This document shows positions 17,056 to 23,772 of a DNA stretch of 32,000 bases, piece by piece. Made by a program: the position numbers and the translations under genes. A model generated the notes under the pieces. That model did no database searches. It had not been told where the DNA came from and was given only the letters and a program-made list of their open reading frames with translations. This stretch comes from an archaeon (GTDB taxonomy: Archaea > Iainarchaeota > Iainarchaeia > Iainarchaeales > CSSED10-239), in assembly GCA_035400625.1 (NCBI GenBank), contig DAOMZT010000001.1:350004-382003 (forward strand), given 5' to 3'. How positions within the stretch are numbered: the stretch's first letter is position 1; each line of letters opens with the position of its first letter.

Positions 17056-17606
17056 AATCCAATTCTTTTGTTAAGAGATTTAAAAAAGATTTAAAAAATA
17101 AGAATGAGCACAAAAAAGCTCTTCTTTTCTTGTTCTTGTTTATTTTTGTATTTTCGCTTTCTTATTTGTTGTTTGCCAAGTCTCCAATTTCGGGATATAT
17201 AAATTATTTTTTTGGTTTTTCATCTAGTGTAGTATTGTCTGTTTTTGGCGTAAGCAATAATTTTGTTTTTGATTCATTGACAAAGACCTCCACAATTGTT
17301 GTGTCCAATCTTAAAGAACCAATAGTGATTTCTTTTCTTTGTTCAGGCATCCTAGAATTTTGCCTTTTAATTTCTGCTATTCTTTCTTCAGTAGGTGTTT
17401 CTCTAAATAAAAGGATAGTTGGCGCTCTTCTTGCAATTCCAATCATATTTTTCTTTAATCTCACAAGGATAGTTGTTACTTCTCTAATAATAATAAATAG
17501 CAATCTTTCTTTTGCAAATTTTGTACATGGTTTCCTTTTTAGGCTTTTCCTTATAATTATTGTTATTGGAACCTATTATGTTTGGTTTAGAACTAACACT
17601 GAGTGA
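17052..17606 (+). CDS. Exosortase/archaeosortase-family membrane protein (short form)
   Basis: 184 aa, polytopic. The family's Cys/Arg/His signature appears in the expected order and context: 'ISFLCSGILEF' (Cys at 17340-17342), 'FFFNLTRIVV' (Arg at 17466-17468) and 'FANFVHGFLFRL' (His). ATG 17052 overlaps the eS8 TGA (ATGA). Confidence 0.6.
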   Translation: MKSNSFVKRFKKDLKNKNEHKKALLFLFLFIFVFSLSYLLFAKSPISGYINYFFGFSSSVVLSVFGVSNNFVFDSLTKTSTIVVSNLKEPIVISFLCSGILEFCLLISAILSSVGVSLNKRIVGALLAIPIIFFFNLTRIVVTSLIIINSNLSFANFVHGFLFRLFLIIIVIGTYYVWFRTNTE

Positions 17607-17612
17607 AGAGAA

Positions 17613-18227
17613 ATGCCAAAATCAAGAAGAATAAAAACACACACAAAAGGAAATCCAATAACTCCTTTGCCTGAAAAGAACCGCTATATCTTTACAGACC
17701 TAATCCCAAAATTAAAAGAATTACAAAGGTCAAAAAGCAAGATTGAAACCAAAGAAAAATATTTGAAATTAAATTCTGCAAAATCAGAAATTAAAGGTCA
17801 TGCAAAAGAGATCTATAACAATCTAATGGCAAGGAAAACATCTGATGGGAAATGTGTGCTTGATGGTCTAACTCCAAAAGTTAAGAAGCAAGTTTTTGAG
17901 TTTATAGAGTCTAAACTTTCTGCAACATATTTTGAAGGCATAACAAATTATAAAAAAATGATTATTCAACAAGAAGCAAGTGGATTAATTTCTGCGATTA
18001 AAAATCATAAAGAAAAATCAATGGTAAAAAAAGAAATAATTTCAAAAATCAAATACTATGAGGATCTAAAGAAAAAAGACAGAGACAAAATAAACGAAAT
18101 AATAAACTATAACTTATCATTAATAACCAACAAACCTTACTTGACTGCCAAACAATCAGCAGAACTTAATAGAACAATTTCTAAATATCTAGCAGAGATG
18201 GGTTTTCCAAGAATAATTTTTAAGTGA
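17613..18227 (+). CDS. Hypothetical Lys-rich protein
   Basis: 204 aa, starting 7 nt after the previous stop, beginning 'MPKSRRIKTHTKGNPITPL...'. No family recognised. Confidence 0.5.
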   Translation: MPKSRRIKTHTKGNPITPLPEKNRYIFTDLIPKLKELQRSKSKIETKEKYLKLNSAKSEIKGHAKEIYNNLMARKTSDGKCVLDGLTPKVKKQVFEFIESKLSATYFEGITNYKKMIIQQEASGLISAIKNHKEKSMVKKEIISKIKYYEDLKKKDRDKINEIINYNLSLITNKPYLTAKQSAELNRTISKYLAEMGFPRIIFK

Positions 18228-18233
18228 TACAAT

Positions 18234-18662
18234 ATGGGTAGCAGAAAAAATAATAGAAAAACAGTTATTAGAAAGAAGAAGCCACAAGAACAAATTACAG
18301 AAAAGCTCGAAAAGAAAAAATTAGATGTTCAAAAAATTCCTTTGCTTAAACAAAAAGATGTTTCTTTTATAACGGATTATATTCAGCAAGGCATAAACAG
18401 AAATTCTCGTGGGCTAAATATAGGCAAGATTGAAAAAAAACACAAAATGAAAATATATTTGTTGTTTGAAGAATTAAGAACAGACCCCAGAAATCAAAGA
18501 GCTCTTGCAAGAACTAACAAGTTAGATTTAGAAATTGCAGATGTGCTTATTGACTACATTAAAGCAAGGAACAAACCAATTAATGAAATATTAAATGAAT
18601 TATCTAAAAAAGAAATTGACATAATAAATAAACTGATTTTTAAAAAATTGTTTTTTGACTAA
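18234..18662 (+). CDS. Hypothetical basic protein, possible helix-turn-helix
   Basis: 142 aa with a basic N-terminus 'GSRKNNRKTVIRKKKPQ'. 'NQRALARTNKLDLEIADVLIDYIKA' is HTH-like by eye only. Confidence 0.45.
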   Translation: MGSRKNNRKTVIRKKKPQEQITEKLEKKKLDVQKIPLLKQKDVSFITDYIQQGINRNSRGLNIGKIEKKHKMKIYLLFEELRTDPRNQRALARTNKLDLEIADVLIDYIKARNKPINEILNELSKKEIDIINKLIFKKLFFD

Positions 18663-18663
18663 G

Positions 18664-19050
18664 CTATTTATTTTCTTTGATTAGTTTCTTTACTTGCTCA
18701 ACTGTCGTGTATTCTAATGGATTAATATTGTCTACAATATATTTCATTTCCTTTAAGTCTTCAGCCTTAGCATATCTTCTAGAGATCATCTCAAGAGTTG
18801 ATTCTATTGCCTTAATCTTTGTCTTAAGTTCTTTAATGTCTGCTTGTAGTTCCTTAAACTGTTCATTTGTAGCCGCATTTATTCCAGTATGGCCTCCGCC
18901 TTTGGCTGCTACTTTTTTATTTAAAACAAGTATGTTTCTACTAAGTATCTTTTCATTATGCACAAGATATTTTATCTTCTCAGACAATACCAATATGCTT
19001 GATTGTAATGCCTTAATATCCTGAGAAGTCTTAGAGCTTTCTTCAACCAT
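18664..19050 (-). CDS. Hypothetical coiled-coil protein
   Basis: 128 aa with heptad-like charged helices separated by a 'AAKGGGHTGINAAT' linker. It is preferred over the plus-strand ORF 18677-19024, which has the hydrophobic Ser/Phe/Leu composition typical of an antisense shadow. Confidence 0.55.
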   Translation of the reverse strand: MVEESSKTSQDIKALQSSILVLSEKIKYLVHNEKILSRNILVLNKKVAAKGGGHTGINAATNEQFKELQADIKELKTKIKAIESTLEMISRRYAKAEDLKEMKYIVDNINPLEYTTVEQVKKLIKENK

Positions 19051-19195
19051 GATAGTTACCTTAAAATTATAGCTTAAATATATTTATTAGATACTTGAAA
19101 TATTTAAAAAGCAATGTTTTTCTTAATTCATAAGCTTTTTAAAACTTTTGCCTCAATAGATATTTATTAATTAGAAAGAGTTAATCCCCCAACCT

Positions 19196-19222
19196 GAAAA
19201 AAGGAACACCTTTCCTTTTTTC
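19196..19222. repeat. Perfect 11-bp inverted repeat with 5-nt loop (stem-loop or palindromic operator)
   Basis: 'gaaaaaaggaa' (19196-19206), loop 'cacct', then 'ttccttttttc' (19212-19222). It ends 33 nt upstream of ATG 19255, in the divergent intergenic region. Confidence 0.8.
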
Positions 19223-19254
19223 TATTATAATTTCTAAATTATGGAGAAAATATT

Positions 19255-21909
19255 ATGAGAAAAGAATATTTGGTTAGTTTGTTATTTTTAGTTGCAATAG
19301 TTATTTCTGGAGTTTCTGCCGACCCTTTTGCAATTAATTATTATGTAAATACTGATAGTTCCCAAGAGTATCTTAATCTTCAATATGGAAACTATTATGA
19401 TAATGTTAGTTTAAGATTATGGCTACAAGCAACAGATGGCTATTCTAATGTGCCAGTTTATGTTTCTCCAAAGATTTATGGTCTTGATTCTTATGGCAAC
19501 CTTACTTACCTCTATTCTGTCCCTACTCAAACATATTATGCTTATTCAACACCTTATGAGTATGTCTATCCAAATGTCTTCTATCTAACTCCTGACTATT
19601 ATGGCTATGTGGTTAAGGTTTATGCAGAGGCAACAGGCTTTTACTATAACACTTACAGCTATGCTTATGTTTATCCAATAAATAATGCTCCTTATTATTA
19701 CTTTATAGAAGATACTCCTGCACACAATGATTTTGATTTTCCACAAAGCACAACTCCAAGTTGTTCAGACATTGTCCTTTCTGGTTCTCAAAATATCTAT
19801 CTAGATGAAGGAGAAAAGATGACTTATAGCCTTTATATTGAAAACGGAGCAAACGAAGATTTAGAGGTTGTTGATGTATATACAAGCAATCCAACAAAAC
19901 TAGATGTTGATGATATTGATTATCCTGATACTGTTCCTGACCTTTCAGTAAGAACAGTAAGAATCTATCTAGAAGCTGACTCAGTAAATGGAGATTATGA
20001 TTCTTCTTTTACTGTTACTGTTAAAGCAAGATATCCAGGTTCTTCAATATGTACAAAAACTTACAAAGTAAACTATAACATAAGTGAAGAAGATGAGGAT
20101 TATGAGGATGTTAGTTGTTCAGACCTAGATTTCTCCAACACAAGCTTTACAATTAATGATGACGAGACAAGCACAAGAAAAGTAAAACTAAAGAACAACT
20201 CATATGATTATGATTTTGAAATTGATGATATAACAATAAACAATAGAGATGGCTTAGATGCATATATAGAAGATGCACCAAGAGTTATTGATTATAGAGA
20301 TTATGAATATGTGGAAATAGAATTTGATGCTGATGACTTTGATTACGATATTACAAAATACTTGACTTTAAATGTAAAAGGTGCTTTTGTTGATGGCTCA
20401 CACGAGGTAAAAGAATGTACAAGAAAAGCAACAATAACTGTAAAGATTGAAGATGATGGCGATAACGATTCTGGTAACAATGAAACAAGCTGTAATGATA
20501 TTTCTCTTTACACAAGAGACATTAGCCAAGCAGAGAACAGCACAAATTATTTTTCTGAAAATAATGGTTTCTATATTTTAAATAATTCAAATAGGACCTT
20601 TACAATAACAAGCCTAAGTTTAAATGATAATTCTAGCTTTGTAGATATAAGCAATCTTAAATATTCCAAAACAATATCTTCAGGAAACACCAGCTCCTTA
20701 AATTTTACTTTAAAAACAAAAAATGTAAACACAACAGAATATGCAAGAGGCACATTATCTGTTGCAGGTAAATTTTCTGATGGCACAACCTGCAGTTCTT
20801 CAAAGATAGGTGTAAAATATTTTGATATAGTTGTAAACGATTCAACAGGAACAACCCAAACAACCCCTACAAACAACACCTCAAACTTTTCTGGAACAAG
20901 CTGTAATCTTGATATTGTTGCTCCATCTACTGTTTCAGTAAACAACAGACAAGAATCAATAAATGTTTATTTCAAGAACTATACAAGTAGGAACGGAAGA
21001 GTTGAAATAATCTCTAATGGCTTAACAACAAACCCAAGTGTTATTTTCCTAAGCGGTTATGATGATTTCTCACAAAACATTGCTCTTTCAAATTTCAATA
21101 ACCCAACAAGCATTACATATGTTGCTTATCTAAATGGCTGTTCTTCAAAATCTACCTTTACTAACATCATTAATAAAATTTCTGAATCTGACAGGATAAC
21201 TTTGGTTTCCTATCCAACTTTTATTAGTCCATTATCTGGCAATGCAAAGATTTCAGTAAATGTGAATAACAGCTTTACTGTTCCTAAAGAAGTAACTATA
21301 AAGTTTGCAGGTCTTCCAAGCACTTTTAGTTCCTCTCCCAAGTCAGTTACTATTTCATCACATGAGACCAAGCAAGTAGATTTGGAACTATCAATTCCAA
21401 AGAATGCTCAAAAAATTGATTATCAAGCATATATTGAGTTATATTCTGGCAATCTTTTAGTTAATAAATATCCAATAACAATTAGCCTATCTCCTGCAAT
21501 ATCGGAGATAACAATAGTTTCTAGTTCCAAGCAATCAGCATCTCAAGATAGAACATACACAATTACTTTAACAATAAAGAACAACACAAATAATATTCAA
21601 GAAGGAGTAGTTGATTTTGGCTTGCCTGACACTTATGTGATTGATGGTGAGAAAAACATCTCTCTTCTTCCAAACGAAGAGGTTACAAAAACCTACAAGA
21701 TTGTTTCTCCAACAAGATTAAGAGAAGACAAGGAAATAGACATAAAGATAAAAAATAAGGCAACAGGCAAAGAGCTAGCAAATGAAAAGATAACCTTAGA
21801 TTCAGGCAGAGCTCCATTAAGTGCTTTCTTTTCTTTAAGAAACACAAGCTTTATTCTTTTAGGTGTTGTTGCACTTATTGTTTTATTTTTAATTTTTAGA
21901 AAGAGATGA
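19255..21909 (+). CDS. Large cell-surface protein: signal peptide, Tyr-rich region, repeated beta-sandwich-like domains, C-terminal TM anchor
   Basis: 884 aa. It has 'ggag' at 19243-19246 and the signal peptide 'MRKEYLVSLLFLVAIVISGVSA'. Many N-x-S/T sequons are present. Four roughly 80-100-aa units are each bracketed by a Cys pair. The C-terminus is 'FILLGVVALIVLFLIFRKR'. Confidence 0.8.
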   Translation: MRKEYLVSLLFLVAIVISGVSADPFAINYYVNTDSSQEYLNLQYGNYYDNVSLRLWLQATDGYSNVPVYVSPKIYGLDSYGNLTYLYSVPTQTYYAYSTPYEYVYPNVFYLTPDYYGYVVKVYAEATGFYYNTYSYAYVYPINNAPYYYFIEDTPAHNDFDFPQSTTPSCSDIVLSGSQNIYLDEGEKMTYSLYIENGANEDLEVVDVYTSNPTKLDVDDIDYPDTVPDLSVRTVRIYLEADSVNGDYDSSFTVTVKARYPGSSICTKTYKVNYNISEEDEDYEDVSCSDLDFSNTSFTINDDETSTRKVKLKNNSYDYDFEIDDITINNRDGLDAYIEDAPRVIDYRDYEYVEIEFDADDFDYDITKYLTLNVKGAFVDGSHEVKECTRKATITVKIEDDGDNDSGNNETSCNDISLYTRDISQAENSTNYFSENNGFYILNNSNRTFTITSLSLNDNSSFVDISNLKYSKTISSGNTSSLNFTLKTKNVNTTEYARGTLSVAGKFSDGTTCSSSKIGVKYFDIVVNDSTGTTQTTPTNNTSNFSGTSCNLDIVAPSTVSVNNRQESINVYFKNYTSRNGRVEIISNGLTTNPSVIFLSGYDDFSQNIALSNFNNPTSITYVAYLNGCSSKSTFTNIINKISESDRITLVSYPTFISPLSGNAKISVNVNNSFTVPKEVTIKFAGLPSTFSSSPKSVTISSHETKQVDLELSIPKNAQKIDYQAYIELYSGNLLVNKYPITISLSPAISEITIVSSSKQSASQDRTYTITLTIKNNTNNIQEGVVDFGLPDTYVIDGEKNISLLPNEEVTKTYKIVSPTRLREDKEIDIKIKNKATGKELANEKITLDSGRAPLSAFFSLRNTSFILLGVVALIVLFLIFRKR

Positions 21910-21938
21910 TTTTCTCTTTTTTTCTTTACTGTTTTTTT
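21910..21938 (+). terminator. Oligo-T tracts after the 884-aa gene
   Basis: 'ttttctctttttttctttactgttttttt' follows directly after the TGA at 21907-21909. Confidence 0.35.
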
Positions 21939-22007
21939 AAAAAAAGAAGCATATAAAAAAGTATTGCCTAAATATATTTGTAGTTTTAAAATAGGGTGAG
22001 TGTAGCT

Positions 22008-23642
22008 ATGAGTAAGAAAGGGCAAGTTGCAATAGAAGTGTTGGTGTTAGTTGGCATAATAGTTATTGGAATGGTTATTTTTGGATTATTTTATATAGGC
22101 AAACACCCTGATCAAATTTCTGAAATAGATGAAGTAACAGAAGCTGGTATGGCAAGGTCTGTTATTAATTATTCTGATGTAACAACTCCATCTAGGATAG
22201 TTTGTGGAAATCAAATTTGCGAATCAGGAGAAACCCCTGCCAATTGCCCACAAGATTGTCAACCATCTTCAGGAAATCAAACTAATTGTGGAAATGAAAC
22301 CATAGATTCTGGAGAAGAATGTGATGGCCTAGATTTAAATGGCCAAACATGTATTACTCAAGGTTTTGATGGTGGTAATTTATCTTGTACTTCTAATTGT
22401 GATTTTAATACTAGTGCTTGTTATAATCTACCGCCATCTGAGTGTGGCAACGGTATTAGAGAAGGCACAGAGGAATGTGATAGGGATGATTTAAACAAAG
22501 AAACATGTGAAAGCAAAGGTTATCAATTTGGTACATTGTCTTGTTCTCGAGAATGTGAGTTTGATTATTCAAATTGTGGTTATGAGGGTGATAGTAATTG
22601 TTCAGTATTTAGTAGCAAGGGCTGGAGACCATACGATACCAATAATCCTACCTGGTATGTAAGTGGGCGAATGTCTACTTGGCCAGATAAAAATGCACTT
22701 TGGCTTTGCCCAAAAGATGATTGTACTCATATAACTGATTATTATTTTTTGTATAATTCTTTTAAGCTTTTTAAAGACACAAATGTAACAATATCTGCTC
22801 TTGGTGATGATGAGACAAAAGTATGGGTGTGGCCTGATAGAAATATCTCACGAGAAGAAGTAGTTATTCCAAAGCATGTTTGGACAAATGGTTGGACTTC
22901 TGGATCAATAATGTTAGAAGGCAGTGAAAGTGGAACTGAACATGCAATAGTTCAATTAATTTACGACACAAAACAAGTAGCAACAGGTGCTATTCTATCT
23001 GTTAGAGAATCAGATACTGACGAAGTTATCTTAAATACAATTTTAACTTCTGGCTGGCGTTATTTTAGCACAATGACACAACTAGAAGAAGAGAGATACT
23101 CTTCTGATAATGCTTGTTCAATAGTATATTCTGATCAAAAATGTGGAAATAACAAAATTGAAGGAAGCGAGCAATGTGATGGCACTGAATTAGGAGAATA
23201 TGGTGCACAAACCTGTAGTGATTATGATTCTTCATATTATGATGGAGAATTAAAATGTCATGAAAAATATTGTTATATTGACACCAGAAATTGTAAATCC
23301 AAAATAAAATTAACAGTCGCTCCTGCGTCAGGAACAACAAGAAGAAACAAAGACTTTTCAACAACTGTTTCTGTAACTGGGAAAAATGATGATGAATTTG
23401 GTTTGGTTGCTTCCATTTATTTGAAAAACACAACTACAGGAGAATATGAGCCAACAATAAATTGCAAGTATGTTTCAACAGGTGAATATAACGATACATT
23501 TGATTTAGGCGGATTTAAAATTCCAATAAACCGCAGTTATAGTTTTAATTGTAATAAAGCAGGAGAATATAAGCTTACTTTTACAGGGACAAACCAAGAA
23601 GATGTTGTTTCTGAAGCATCATCTATAAGAAAAATAACATGA
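22008..23642 (+). CDS. Giant pilin-like protein (class III signal peptide) with Cys-rich repeats and Ig-like C-terminal domain
   Basis: 544 aa from ATG 22008, with 'gggtgag' 8 nt upstream; the ORF track starts at GTG 21996. The N-terminus 'MSKKG|QVAIEVLVLVGIIVIGMVIFGLFY' fits the archaeal prepilin pattern. Three 'CGNxxIExGEECD' repeats and one short Cys knot follow. Confidence 0.75.
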   Translation: MSKKGQVAIEVLVLVGIIVIGMVIFGLFYIGKHPDQISEIDEVTEAGMARSVINYSDVTTPSRIVCGNQICESGETPANCPQDCQPSSGNQTNCGNETIDSGEECDGLDLNGQTCITQGFDGGNLSCTSNCDFNTSACYNLPPSECGNGIREGTEECDRDDLNKETCESKGYQFGTLSCSRECEFDYSNCGYEGDSNCSVFSSKGWRPYDTNNPTWYVSGRMSTWPDKNALWLCPKDDCTHITDYYFLYNSFKLFKDTNVTISALGDDETKVWVWPDRNISREEVVIPKHVWTNGWTSGSIMLEGSESGTEHAIVQLIYDTKQVATGAILSVRESDTDEVILNTILTSGWRYFSTMTQLEEERYSSDNACSIVYSDQKCGNNKIEGSEQCDGTELGEYGAQTCSDYDSSYYDGELKCHEKYCYIDTRNCKSKIKLTVAPASGTTRRNKDFSTTVSVTGKNDDEFGLVASIYLKNTTTGEYEPTINCKYVSTGEYNDTFDLGGFKIPINRSYSFNCNKAGEYKLTFTGTNQEDVVSEASSIRKIT

Positions 23643-23772
23643 ATAAAAAGTAACAAAAGTAAAGAATATCTTTTCAATTTCAAGAAAATTACCAATAACA
23701 AGCAAAGACAAGTAATCTTCTCTGTTTTTAAACATTTCTTTAATATTATATTTTAATTATTTTGGTGATTGA

